A DNA stretch of 63,281 nt, counting the filler, from Reclinomonas americana ATCC 50394 (Eukaryota): assembly GCA_048213135.1 (NCBI GenBank). It is 46 parts of 46 records of this genome, joined end to end, with 100 filler letters (N's around TTAATTAATTAA, not from the genome) between each part and the next. Parts side by side here need not be neighbours in the genome. Positions count along the whole stretch, not along the records: positions 24,926 to 26,206 come from AFZH01025925.1; positions 26,307 to 27,587 come from AFZH01025926.1; positions 27,688 to 28,967 come from AFZH01025927.1; positions 29,068 to 30,346 come from AFZH01025928.1; positions 30,447 to 31,724 come from AFZH01025929.1; positions 31,825 to 33,102 come from AFZH01025930.1; positions 33,203 to 34,479 come from AFZH01025931.1; positions 34,580 to 35,856 come from AFZH01025932.1; 38 more parts are not named here. One strand, written 5' to 3'. This document shows positions 25,063-37,484 of the stretch, in pieces. The position numbers were made by a program, and so were the translations under genes. Under the pieces are notes generated by a model. The model saw only the letters and a program-made list of their open reading frames with translations. It searched no databases and was not told the origin of the DNA. Each line of letters opens with the position of its first letter. Position 1 is the first letter of the stretch.

Positions 25063-26206
25063 CCTTTTTCATGCGTTTGTGCTGTCGCAAAAAGTTAAAC
25101 AGGAATCCCAAGTGATCACGCAGCACAGGTCGCAAGTGGAAGCTCGTCACGTGGCCGCAGTACTGCACCAAGTTCTGCGCAGCACACAATGTTGGACACA
25201 CAAACTCGCCAGATGCGGAGATACGGACACATCGACTCACGGCAAATATCTTCAGCCGATAATCAAAGCCACCCAACACCACCGAGCACAGCTTGGGGAA
25301 GCGCGATTCCACCAGGCCCGTCACCACCTCGTGCGTGAACGGACGGTTGCGGTCGACATTTTCAAACCACACACCCTCCAGATTCGCATTTGCACATCTG
25401 CAGCACAACAAAAACCAAGGGGTCATGCATCTCCCACATGCGCAAGGATGCAGTGTCACGCACGCACCTGTCTTGCAACAGCACATTGTCGGTCAGCAGC
25501 GGGCACTTGCGCATGGAGAGACTCCGAATGGATTTGCAGTTCTCGAGCAAGCACGCCACCGACTCGTCAGTGATGTGCAGGCAGTCGTCCAGGTACACGT
25601 TGACGAGATGCGCCAGACGAGCGGCGGAGGTGATGAAGGCGTAGTCGGTGATGCTCGGCTGCTGACATGACAAAAACGGCTGCTCGCCAGGGACGCACGG
25701 CCGCACTTGAATTACCTGGGCGGCGAGATGGTGAGTGAGAAAATACAGGGTGGTGATGGGGTGGTGCGAATGGCGTTACCGTGTGGTGCTCGGAGACCGC
25801 CTGCAGCGTCTTGAGATCCTGGCAGCGCGACCACAGGTTGTGCAGACAGACATCGCTGGCGACGCATCGAATGAGACTGAGGGCGGTCAGCGAGCGGAAG
25901 CGCGTGGAGATCTGGTCCAGGTGCGTGGGGTGAATCTCTTGCAGCAGTCTGCGAGTGCACACGTCAGCAACATGCGTGCGGGGGTGAGCACGTGAGCATG
26001 TGTGTGTGTGCACGGAACTGCACGGCAATTGATTTTAGCTTCGGGCTGTTGTTGATCATGCGGAAGATATCATTCATGGACGTGGTCTGCGGGAAATTCG
26101 GCCGTGGTGCGCCTTGCGGTGGGGCTGCGGGGTCTAGTTGTTCAAAGTAAAAGTCCTCCAGTGCAGGCAAGTCCATGGTCATCACCAGTGCACGGGAAGA
26201 CCCTGC
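25063..26206 (-). CDS. Cysteine-containing LRR (FBXL/AMN1-like) protein fragment, multi-exon
   Basis: VYLDDCLHITDESVACLLENCKSIRSLSMRKCPLLTD fits the LRR-CC consensus. Confidence 0.8.
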
Positions 26207-26306
26207 NNNNNNNNNNNNNNNNNNNNNNNNNNNNNNNNNNNNNNNNNNNNTTAATTAATTAANNNNNNNNNNNNNNNNNNNNNNNNNNNNNNNNNNNNNN
26301 NNNNNN

Positions 26307-27587
26307 CAACATAATCGCGGATGAGCGTACAAGGAAAGGCGTTACACAAAACCTGGCTGGCCGGTATGGGCGTGCCTGTCAGCACGGCGATTTCTTCAAG
26401 GTCGCGTCGAATGTCGGCCTCCGATGGCTCGCTGAAATACGCAGGATTGCGGGCAAAGTTGAGGCGGCGGAAGAAATCCAGAAACGGCACGGTGCGGATG
26501 TACAGTGCAGTGTCTGTGTGTGCCATCGACAGAATATATGAGCCGCAGCAGTCAACACAAAGGTAAGTGGGGATTAAATAGACACTGGCAAACCGAGACA
26601 GTTGAGCTCGTCGAGCTGTGCCACGCGCGTCGGTCGCAAATGCTCCATCTCAATGAGCACCGAGTCATCCAGGTACTCCTCAGGCGACGACTTCTCCGCG
26701 TCCGCGACGGCCGCACGAATCAGTTGCAGCTGCGTGTGAATGTACTTGTCGAGATTCTCGGGGTCACGAGGAGGCGGCACGGCAGCAACGCGGCGGGCTG
26801 CGGCACCAGACGCTCCTACGACAGCATAAATGAGGAGAATGCGAGCCGACAAGGGACATGACGTGAGTGCAGTCACCATTGCGCTGCGACGGAATCGGAA
26901 TGCCACCAAGTGAGGTTGGTGTGTGAGGCAACTGGGTTCCTGGAGGCGCACTCATATCCTCCGTTGCCCGAAAGGGCTGCAAACCGGGCGAAGCAGCAGA
27001 GGGCGGCGACGTGGCAGTTATCGTCAGAGCAGCAGCTGCAGCTGCGGCAGTCGCCGTTGCTGTGGTCGGAGATGCCGTGGTCACAATGGCGACAGGTGTC
27101 TGGCCACCACTGTCGCCTGCTGCAGACGAAACTGCGGCAGGAGGGGTGGTGGTAGTGGTGGGGGTGGTTGTTGTTGTTGTCGTCGTCGTCGAGGACCCCG
27201 TGGCAGCGGTCGCCGCAGCCGGGATCTCGCTGACTGAGCGGCGCTTGGGAGGCGGTGGCGCCGCAGAATCAACGGCAAGAGAGTCGCGCCGCACCTCGCT
27301 GGCTTGCAAATGCGACCGTGTTTGTTGCATGGCGGCAGGACCAGTGGCGTCGCCGCCCATGGAGAACTGGCGAATCATCAGAGGATCGCCGGCACCAGTT
27401 GGTATTGCCACCACATCGGCCGCGGCGGGAGCTCCCTGCTGCTGCTGTGGTGGACTGCCGACACCACCCGACGCCTCCATCAGCATGGAGGCGCTGGTGG
27501 CCGCGGCCACGGCAGACGTTGCGCCTCCGATGCCAAGAGACATGCCAGTGGGCGAGGACACCTGCAGCGCAGACACATAGGTCGCTC
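26307..27587 (-). CDS. Hypothetical protein fragment, copy or allele B of 20787-22067
   Basis: Same length and ends; about 20 substitutions by hand count, no indels. Confidence 0.7.
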
Positions 27588-27687
27588 NNNNNNNNNNNNN
27601 NNNNNNNNNNNNNNNNNNNNNNNNNNNNNNNTTAATTAATTAANNNNNNNNNNNNNNNNNNNNNNNNNNNNNNNNNNNNNNNNNNNN

Positions 27688-28523
27688 CAGCAGCAGCAGC
27701 AGCAGCAGCAAGTACCAGCCCAGAAGCCATCTCTCCAACAGCGCGTTTCTCACTCGCAACTTCCCAAGTCGGTTCTCGGTGCGCTTGTGAACGAATTCGG
27801 AGGCGACAGCAAGCACAGCCCGGCTGCAGTGGTTGCTGAGCGGCGGCGATCTCTCGAGGAGCTCGCTGAGCGTGAGCTGGCAGGGCGATCTGTGGGACGG
27901 TGAGCGGAATCCGTCGTTGCAGGAACTGCTTGCGGGGAAGAATAACTCACTCTCTGGTTTGCAGACTGTCCCCGCCGCGCGGCATCTATGAAGACGTTAC
28001 CCGTCAGCGACCACTGGCCATCGAGGACAGCACACAGGAGAATGTGTTCACCCCGCCGGCTGTCACGGAGGGCGATTATGTTGATTTTCGTCGTCCCTCC
28101 GATGGCATGTACGTGCGCAATGTGACCCGCGCCATGGCCAAGCGCGAGTGGGAGGGCTTTGCCGCAAGCACCAAGACGTACGACGGAGTCGCCGAGGGTG
28201 CGACTGTTGTCGTCGAGCAGCAGCCGCAGCAGGCCACGGAGTCGACCAAGAACAAGCGCTCTGCTACCTCGGCTGCCGCCAGTGGCGGGCGTCCGAATCG
28301 ACGCATCAAGCTGGTGGAGGACGATTCGCTGCTGCCCTCTCGCGGATGCTCACCGTGGGTAGATCCGGCAGCTCGAGGCAGTCGCGGCAGCTCGGCCAAC
28401 GGCGCCACGTGGCACGACAAGCGGAGTTCGGTTGTGTCGAGTCTCGTCAGCAGCGTGTCGGCCACCGCTGACGCCGCCGCTGACGATGACGATGTCGACA
28501 ACGGCAACGACCATGTGAGATGA
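27688..28523 (+). CDS. Hypothetical protein C-terminus (begins in poly-Q), one putative intron
   Basis: (CAG)n start, GTGAGC donor near 27900, CAG acceptor near 27964, TGA 28523. Confidence 0.5.
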
Positions 28524-29067
28524 CATCATGAGTGAAGAAAAAAAGTGATAAGTAATTCACGAAAAAGGAGGAGTGAGTGGGAGGAGAGCGGGGAGAGGGG
28601 AGGGAAAAAGAGAGAATTCGTTGAGTATTATTTTCGTTTGCATCCACACTTGCGTACACACATAAAAAAACTCTCCGACCGCAAGCAGGCAAAGGGAGGA
28701 GTAATCAATCTGGCGCATGCATATCAAGCGGGGCGGCGCTCAGTCGTCATCCGAGTCGACTGCTCGACGGCTACTTGCACTTGCACCACGTTTCAGCATG
28801 CGCGTAGGAATATCTGTGGAGCGCGTGAGCGACCATGACATGCACGAGCACTGGCACCGGCCGGTCACGCAACTGGCTCGGTACTTTTCCAAGTACTTTT
28901 GAAAGTGCTCGATCTTGCGACGATGTGCCTCCGATCCCAGACCGCCATTTCCTGTCGCTGCCGCCGCNNNNNNNNNNNNNNNNNNNNNNNNNNNNNNNNN
29001 NNNNNNNNNNNTTAATTAATTAANNNNNNNNNNNNNNNNNNNNNNNNNNNNNNNNNNNNNNNNNNNN

Positions 29068-30131
29068 CACCAGCTGCAATGTTATCTTGTCACCACAACA
29101 CCACGCAACTGAACCACGAGACAGCTGTGATGAACAAAATCAATCCACAAGTCGTCATGAAGAATCGAAAGAGTGGCCAGTAGCGTCCGTCCGACCCGTG
29201 CATCAGCTTCACGATGGAGCAGAAGAGTACGCCTCCCAATCCAACACCGAGGACGGCACCAAGTCGCGTATCCAGTCGGTCTACATTCATCATGCGACCG
29301 ATGGGCGAGTCAGCCAACACAACGGCAACAAGCATGACTCGGGAGCCGACTGGAATGCACAATGAAGTCAACAAGAGTAAGAAGAATGCAAGGCTTCACA
29401 CAGAGCACAGATTAACACGAAAGGTGCTCAACTATCGAGGAGCACCAGTGCCAGTTTCATGACGAAGATGAAAGTGGTCCAGAAAACCGAAAGGAAAGCT
29501 GACCAACAGCTGTTTCCAGTCCAGCACAGGTAGCTAGCACGAGCTGCCATGTGATCTCTCATGCTGTTGGCCAACGTAGGCGCGTCCAGGTTTGCTCCTG
29601 TCGCATTCACCGTGGCCCACTCCACCAGCGCACTGTACAGCACAGCGAACATGATCATCATCGTGCAGCATGATGCAAGTGCACTTCAATGCTCCCATCA
29701 ATGCAAACTATCTTCTCAGGTGGCCAGGAGCCGCCACGCGCACCTTCCAAAGTATCCGCCACCTGAAACACATGACACGCGCGTAATCCGTCGCCCCCGG
29801 CGGAGAAGTTGCTGGATGAGTGAGAGGATCATCAGCTTCTCACTGTTGTCACCAGAAGGTGTGCGTGTTCGATCGTGCTGCCACTCACCAACACGACACC
29901 AGAGCAGAAGGCAGCGCTGCGGATACCACCACCTGAACACGCAATGTCAAGCGGTTCGCGTTGGCCAACATCGTTGACACTGCCAGCAGCAATGCGAACG
30001 GCGACATCCGCAGCGCCAGCGAGGGGAACTTTGTCGCCTTCCAGCCTCGACTCGGTTCCGTAGCGCTGCGCTGCAGAAGTCATTCTCACAGCACCAGTGG
30101 ATGTTCTCGGCGCGCGGCTCTTGTTGTTCAC
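29068..30131 (-). CDS. Patatin/cPLA2-like phospholipase with downstream transmembrane helices, multi-exon
   Basis: IACSGGGIRSAAFCSG oxyanion motif and VSCVSGGGYFG nucleophile motif on separate exons, then hydrophobic exons. Confidence 0.75.
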
Positions 30132-30740
30132 TGCGAATTGACGGCGCGTCCCGCAGTGTCACGAACATCGCCGATCGTTCGCCGCCGCTGCTGCTGCTGC
30201 AGTGGCGAATACGAAGTCGTCGGCGGCTCTGCGCGTGGCCACCTAAGATCTGCGACGGCGTGATGATGATGTAGTAACGTAATACTGAGCATAACACCAC
30301 CACCGCCGCGACATTGGTCGTGAACACACACTACACCTATGCCAGANNNNNNNNNNNNNNNNNNNNNNNNNNNNNNNNNNNNNNNNNNNNTTAATTAATT
30401 AANNNNNNNNNNNNNNNNNNNNNNNNNNNNNNNNNNNNNNNNNNNNCGGGGAGAGGGATCTTCCGTTGCGGTTTCAGCTTGAGCATATGGAACCTTGTGT
30501 GACGCACGACGATGCGAGAGAAGGGAGTGGTGGCGGTGGTGGTGGTAGGAGAGTGATAGTCAGCGAGTCACGCCACATATGTGTCCTACTTGTTGTTTGT
30601 CTGTCGCGTGTTTTCTGCTGACCCTCTGGCTTGTCACGTGCGCCGATTCTTCCGTCCCGCTGCGGTGAGTGACAGCATCGACACGTAGTCTAGCCTCATT
30701 ATTGTGTCGCCACTCTGAGAGCATTCACCACCACAACAAG

Positions 30741-31352
30741 ATGACCCTGTCACGCGCATTCGCTTCCGATCCGTTCGAGGACTTCAATCGCATGCTGACG
30801 AGCCCATTCTTCACCGGCGCCGGCGGCGTCGGCTCCTCCATGTGGCCGTCGACCGTCGGTACCACCACCGGAACCACCATGTGGTACCCGCGGTGCGACC
30901 TGTTCGAGACGGAAGACTCGCTGAACATTGTGGCCGAGGTGCCGGGTGTGCCCAAGGTTTCGCTAGCCATCGATTCGCAGCGATATTCCTCCCACCAGCT
31001 GCTCGTCTCACCATCTCCTTCATCGGCCGTTGCAGGAAAACGTCAAGCTGGAGATCGACAAGGACGTGCTGACGCTCAGCGGTCAGCACCAGCAAGAGAA
31101 GCGCGACGATTCACAGACTGTTGCGTCAGCAAGTGGAATGCAGACACACATAGAGGACAGTTTCTAACACGAGAGTGACAGTGGCATCGCGTGGAGCGCC
31201 AGTACGGATCGTTTGTGCGCTCGTTCCGCCTGCCCGACTATGCGGACCAGAATGCGATCCAGGCCAACTTTGAGAACGGCGTGCTCAACGTGCGCATTCC
31301 GAAGAAGGACAAGGAGGAATCGCGCACAGCGCGCAAGATCAACGTCACTTGA
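30741..31352 (+). CDS. Small heat-shock protein (Hsp20/alpha-crystallin), complete; introns 30957-31035 and 31120-31181
   Basis: PRCDLFETEDSLNIVAEVPGVPK|ENVKLEIDKDVLTLSG...|WHRVERQYGSFVRSFRLPD...ANFENGVLNVRIPK. Confidence 0.95.
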
Positions 31353-31824
31353 AGAAGAGGAAGGACAGCAAGTGCGTGATAGTGGTCGGCGTTTCCTTGC
31401 AACGGCTATCTATGTTTACGAATGAAAATTTGACTGCGTCCTCGTTGTCTGCGTCGCGTGTGTGCGTCAAATGGATCCCGATCTGGCAGAGGAATGCATC
31501 GATAGTTGAGTGCTCGAACACACCGCGTGCGTGTGTCTGTTATGTGTGCGCGTGTGTGAGTGTTCTGTTTGCGTGCGATGGGACATGACTGACCGTTGCA
31601 AGCACACACGTACAGCCACCATCAAGATCATTGTGGTGGTACGTTTCTCTCCTCCTCCTCCAACCACCACCACCACCACACGCACAGTTGTCTCTATGTG
31701 TCTGCGTGTGTGTGTGAGTGAGTTNNNNNNNNNNNNNNNNNNNNNNNNNNNNNNNNNNNNNNNNNNNNTTAATTAATTAANNNNNNNNNNNNNNNNNNNN
31801 NNNNNNNNNNNNNNNNNNNNNNNN

Positions 31825-31925
31825 TGTATGATACAGAACACCTCTGGGACCGAAACTCCTGCTCCAGCAGTGTTGGTGACGATGCATGCTGCGAGAAGTA
31901 CGACAAACGAAGCAAGCGAAGACAT
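31825..31925 (-). CDS. Possible N-terminus of a secreted protein
   Basis: MSSLASFVVLLAACIVTNTAGA looks like a signal peptide; truncated. Confidence 0.3.
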
Positions 31926-32243
31926 ATGTCTGACTCTGTTCTGTGAGAAGAGGCCGCTCGCTAACGCATACTGGCGAACATGGCACTGCTCCGAGAACAC
32001 TAAACCTGCAAGTGACTCCTCTTCCCCTTCTCATTCTTCTTCTTCGTCTTCTTCTCACACCTCTCGTTCTCTCAACCTTGATCAAGCAGTGGGTGCTGTG
32101 CACCGTGTGAAGTGTGCCTGACTCTTCATCTTCTCCAAGGTGCTCGGAGCCCTCAAAACTATGAAGCTGAGAAGAGTACTCGTGACTGACTCCTCCTCCT
32201 CCTTCTTCTTCTCCTCCTGCCTCGTCAGCAGTCTCTCGCTCCT

Positions 32244-32277
<34 letters not shown>

Positions 32278-33202
32278 TGGCACTCAAGAGCACTCATAAA
32301 CTGATGTCGTCCCTGTTTCTCTAAGATAAGATGAGAACTCGTGACTGACTCTTGCCTCCTTCTTCTTCTCCTCCTCCTGCTTCGTCTGCAGTCTCCCTCT
32401 CTCTCCCTCTCTCACTGAGTGGGCGATCTGGAGCCATCGAAAGATGCTGTCCAAGTCCACTGCGAGAGGTCGTATCTCCCTCCTCACTCCCTCTCCCTCC
32501 TTCCCACCCACAGCAGCACCATCATGACCGACAAGATACAACAGAGGGGGTATCAAGTGGTACAATCACACATGCATATGCGTGTGTGTGTGTGTCTGTG
32601 TCTGCAGAGAGGGCATTCCTCAGAAGCCCATCTCCTCAAGCAGGAACATGTCGAGCCATGGGTTGGGCGCTGGCGCCGGGGCCGGCGGCGGCGCTTCCTC
32701 AGTCACCTGTTCCCCGCAGTCGCTTAACAACAAACAAAGAGACAGCTGGGAGAGAAGAGAGGAGGAGGAGGAGGAGTAGTAGTAGAAGAAGAAGAAGAAG
32801 AAGAAGAAGAAGAAGAAGAAGAAGAAGAAGAAGACGAGAAGAAGAAAAAGAAGAAGAGAAGAACAAGAACAAGAAGAAGGAGAGGAGAGAGAGGGAGAGA
32901 GAGTGAAGGGAAGGGAAGACAGAAAGAGAGACAAGAGAGACAGATCACGTGCGTGCACATACCGTGGTGTTGATGTTAGTGCCCTCGCACTGAATGTCGG
33001 GGAGAACCATCGCGCACAAGAGAAGAACGAGAGGGAGAGCGAGGCCGAGAGTGCGAGCCTCTGTCTTCTTCTGTCCATCTCTCTGAAATCTTCTCGCACG
33101 CANNNNNNNNNNNNNNNNNNNNNNNNNNNNNNNNNNNNNNNNNNNNTTAATTAATTAANNNNNNNNNNNNNNNNNNNNNNNNNNNNNNNNNNNNNNNNNN
33201 NN

Positions 33203-34349
33203 CCCAGCGCCTGCATCTGGCGCCAGTTCAGCACCGAGCACGGATCCAAGCGCATCGTCACTGAGCTGCCGTGCGAGGTGACAGCCTCCGCGCCGAAAAT
33301 GGCGGCGGCCTCCGCCGCGTCGCTCTCCAGTGCGGCGGAGTTGGACTGCAAGGCAGTGAGTGAGATTAATGAATGCAGAAGGACAGATTTGGGGGACATA
33401 TACCATCTCGTCGTCAATCTCCAGTGACATGGCGGGCATGAGCTCGTCACCCGAGTCGTCGCCATCCTCATCATCCTCCTCTTCTTCTTCTTCATCGTCG
33501 TCGTCGTCATCGTCGGCAGACGAATCCTTCGCGGACGACTTTGACTTCTGCAGAGACAATCAAGATAAGCACGCGAGGAGATGAGAGGAGAGAAAGGGCA
33601 GTCGACGTACCGACGCCGGAGGAGGGGCGAATTTGGCTTGGTGCTCGTCCACAATCAGGCGCATCATCTCCAGTGGAGTTCCTCGCCGCCGTGAAATGAG
33701 GTCGTTCATGCGCTCGGTGATGGTCTGCGGAATGGCGAGTGAGAGAAGCAAAGGGCGAAGGGAAGGTGGCAAAGGAGGAGAGGAAGGGGAAGATGCAGCA
33801 GGAGGAGAAGACGACGCAGGAGGAGGAGACGCAGAAGGAGGAGACGACGCAGAAGGAGGAGACGACGCAGAAGGAGGAGACGACGCAGCAGGAGGAGACG
33901 ACGCAGGAGAGGAGACGATGCAGGAGAAGGAGACGATGCAGGAGAAGGAGACGATACAGGAGAAGGAGACGATGCAGGAGAAGGAGACGACGCAGAAGGA
34001 GACAAAGCAGCAGGAGGAGGAGACGATGCAGGAGGAGGAGACGACGCAGCAGGAGACGACGCACAAGGAGGAGACGACGCACAAGGAGGAAGAGACGACG
34101 CAGCAGGAGGAAGAGGACAACATCAACAAGCACGATATGCACCAGCACGACAACAAGACAACCATTGGATCCAACATCGACCACACAGAAAATCGAATCC
34201 CCCAACACCCTTTCTCCCTTTCCCCCGAACTCACCCAATCCGTCTCACACAACAAGAGCGGCGCTGCACGAATCCCCGTCAACGCATACTTGTGCTTCCC
34301 AATCGTAAACGAAAACGCGCCATCGTCACTCGCATCGTACATGAAATCT
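33203..34349 (-). CDS. Probable PARP6/PARP8-like mono-ADP-ribosyltransferase N-terminal region, multi-exon
   Basis: Acidic tract then ALESDAAEAAAIFGAEAVT...VTMRLDPCSVLNWRQMQAL, resembling the PARP6/8 N-terminal block; catalytic domain not in this contig. Confidence 0.45.
33791..34115. repeat. Intronic 18-bp minisatellite (GGAGACGACGCAGAAGGA and variants) inside intron 33725-34234
   Basis: Directly visible tandem units. Confidence 0.9.
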
Positions 34350-34957
34350 ATGAGAGTAAAAGAGAAGAAAGGGTTAATGCAAACTAAAAATACAAACAAG
34401 CAAGACAAGGGGAGAGTGGGGGAGTTGCACAAAGACAGTGTGAGAGAGTGTGAGAGTGTGAATGAGTAAGTGAGAGAAANNNNNNNNNNNNNNNNNNNNN
34501 NNNNNNNNNNNNNNNNNNNNNNNTTAATTAATTAANNNNNNNNNNNNNNNNNNNNNNNNNNNNNNNNNNNNNNNNNNNNCTCTCTCCCTTCTCTCTCTCT
34601 CACTCATTGTCTCTTCTTCGCGGCCCATCTCCCAGGTCTTCTCCCGCTCTCACCACCTGCCATACATCGAGGTAAGCGCGAAGACCGGTGCGAACATCGA
34701 GTCGGCGTTTGACACACTGGCGGCATTGGCGTTGCGTTGTTGTTATCGCTCTCCTCGATTGCTTCTCGAATCGCGTGGAGCTCACACGATGATTGCGGCG
34801 CGCGCACGCAGCATCGATCACCTCAAAACGCAACCGGCTCCGAGTGCCACCATACGACATGCGTCGGAGTTTACTGACTCGCCTGATGTGAGTCTGCAAG
34901 TGGGTTGTGTTTCCTGTCTGCCGTCAAGCTCTCACTCCATCACCGCAGAGCTCGGGC

Positions 34958-35474
34958 ATGAGCGACCTGCAAAACCTGCTGTGCGACAATCTGCTAAAGC
35001 GCGGTGGCGTGTTTGGCAACACATGGCAGGAGCGACACTTTGTGCTCGACGTCTCCAACGCTCTGCTCTTGTACTACAAGAAGGAAGTTGCGTGCTTTTC
35101 TCCCTCCACATGTTCTCTTCTCCTTTTCCTCACGCTTCTTCCGCCGGCGACGCCAGAGTGACCCACGTGACGGCACCAGTCCAAAAGGCGCCATCCCACT
35201 ACACCACGCGGTTCTCGAGGAGCACGGAGAGGCGGTGGGCGGCGCGGCGGTGCAATACCGCGGTCGCAACATTTACCCGTTCGTGCTGAAACCGACGCTG
35301 CCGGGCTCCAGCCGCCAACGCTACGAAATGGCCTGCTTCTCACCACACACGCGAAATGTGTGGATGCGAGTGATACAACGCTGCTCCTCCAACGGCCCGC
35401 GATCGAATTCCGGCACTACTACTACGACCACCCCGACAGCGGCCGCAAGGAGAGCCACCTCGCCGCCCAAGTGA
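34958..35474 (+). CDS. Small PH-domain protein (intron 35087-35156)
   Basis: LLKRGGVFGNTWQERHFVL...LLYYKKE|SDP...PKGAIPL...YEMAC...RNVWMRVIQ. Confidence 0.9.
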
Positions 35475-35956
35475 GGCGCCGCATGTACGAGTATCACACA
35501 CACGCCCCCCACCATTTTTTGTAAGTTCGAGTACAGCGATGTTGTAGTTTGATCCAGCGAGGGCAGGACAACGAACACGAGACCCATGACCATATTAGGA
35601 AACCCTTTCGGATCTTGGAGTTCTGGTGATCTGTGAGGACCAGCGCAGTTGTGCTGTTGCCGTCACATCCATGCTCGTCACGATCCGCGTGCGGTTCCCT
35701 TGCAGCAACGCCTGCATTAGCCGTTTCAACAGTTCCAGAAATGCCTCACTTGTCTCCGGTGCTCACTCAAGACGGTGATCTGCATGCGGCTGTGTTGGTT
35801 GCTGCGTTCAAAGCTGTCGCGTTACGACTGTCGCCCTTTCACCACACTTTTCCCGCNNNNNNNNNNNNNNNNNNNNNNNNNNNNNNNNNNNNNNNNNNNN
35901 TTAATTAATTAANNNNNNNNNNNNNNNNNNNNNNNNNNNNNNNNNNNNNNNNNNNN

Positions 35957-37232
35957 TGCGACGACCACCCTCGGCAGCATCGATGGGCGTCAGCGCAGTC
36001 ACAACACCGGCGCCGGTATCCGCCATGCCGCGCGCCAACCGCGTCACCGAAATCGCGATGCGACTTCCGGAATCGGTGTTTGAGTTGCTGACGCTGATGA
36101 AGACGGCAAGGGATCCGCAGCGACCCAAGAGTGCTCTCACCAGCAGTGAGCTAGCGCGTGCGCTTCTGCACGGTCCCGGCATTGGCAGGCTATGCGAAGC
36201 CATCACCATGCCCCTGTCGACTTTCCGCTCGCCCTGCTGTCTGGCGGCGGCCTACTTTCTCGATATGCCGCGTGGTATGTGTTTCACCCTGGCGTGCATT
36301 GTGCTTGCCTACCTGTTTCGTCGACTCATTCCGTGCATTGGCAGCATCGGCGTCGGTTCGCATGGCGGACGGAATGATGGCTCCCGAATTCGGGCTGCTA
36401 GAGTCCATTGCCGACATGTTGGACAACTCTGAGGACCGTGAGATGCAGTACGACGCCACACTATTGCTGGAGAAACTCTCGGACGTGGGATCGTGCCGTT
36501 GCGTATGAGTTTTTTTGGCGGTATTTTTTCTTGTGCGTTTTTTGGTGTCTCTAACCCCGGCGGCCTGCAGATCTGGAGCCAACGCTCTCGACCGTCTCCA
36601 CGCACGTGATTCCGGGCCTCGCCAAAATCCTCACCTCGCAGACTGACCCTCGACTGCTAGCGCAGTCACTCAATGTTGTCCGCAACCTTGTACGGAACGG
36701 TGCGCACAAAAAAGACACCCTACTGTGTTCGGTTTTCATCGGTTTTCTCTGACAAATTTGGTGAAACGCAGCTCCCATGTGCTTCACCACACGACGGGAG
36801 ACACGCATGGGACAGGCGTTGCTCGCTTGCATGCGACGATCGACTGCCATTGACATTCGCACGCGAGCGGCGGCGTGTGTGTTGCACATGCTGACGTGCC
36901 CGGAGCACGAGGCCTTTGCCTACATGTTCCGCGAGCACGACCCGCTCGCCGATGTCCGCGCGCTGATGCTCGAGCTCGATGTGGCTGCCGACAATGCCCT
37001 TGCTGCCTCCAACACCACTGAAGCGCACAACAATGCCCGCGTGTATCTTGCCGCGTGCCTGGTCGAGGCGTTGCATTTGTGTTGCGTGACTTGCGCTTCT
37101 TTCTCTCATTTTCGCACACCGACGTCTCACATGCACTTGTGGCAATACGTTACCAGACTGCCAGCAACTGCCACAGTTGGAGCAGTACAAGCTGGTGGAG
37201 CTGTCTTGGCGAATCACCATGCAAGCGGTGGC
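35957..37232 (+). CDS. Armadillo-repeat (importin-alpha-like) protein fragment, multi-exon
   Basis: GLLESIADMLDNSEDREMQYDATLLLEKLS and VIPGLAKILTSQTDPRLLAQSLNVVRNL are ARM-like repeats. Confidence 0.65.
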
Positions 37233-37484
37233 NNNNNNNNNNNNNNNNNNNNNNNNNNNNNNNNNNNNNNNNNNNNTTAATTAATTAANNNNNNNNNNNN
37301 NNNNNNNNNNNNNNNNNNNNNNNNNNNNNNNNGCACTGTATCATAGAGAGATTGCGCATGTGGACGACAAGGTCGATGCGGAGGACTCCGCCAGCACGAC
37401 GAGCTTGAGCCGCCAATAACAGATCGCAGCGACGTCCTCCTGCAAGTGTCCTCCACCACCACTCCTCCGTCTCCTTTTGCGCAC

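Noticed and set aside
33633..34469. Plus-strand 278-aa ETTQ-repeat ORF as a real gene
   Set aside because: It overlaps spliced minus-strand exons and is explained by an 18-bp intronic minisatellite; there is no independent support
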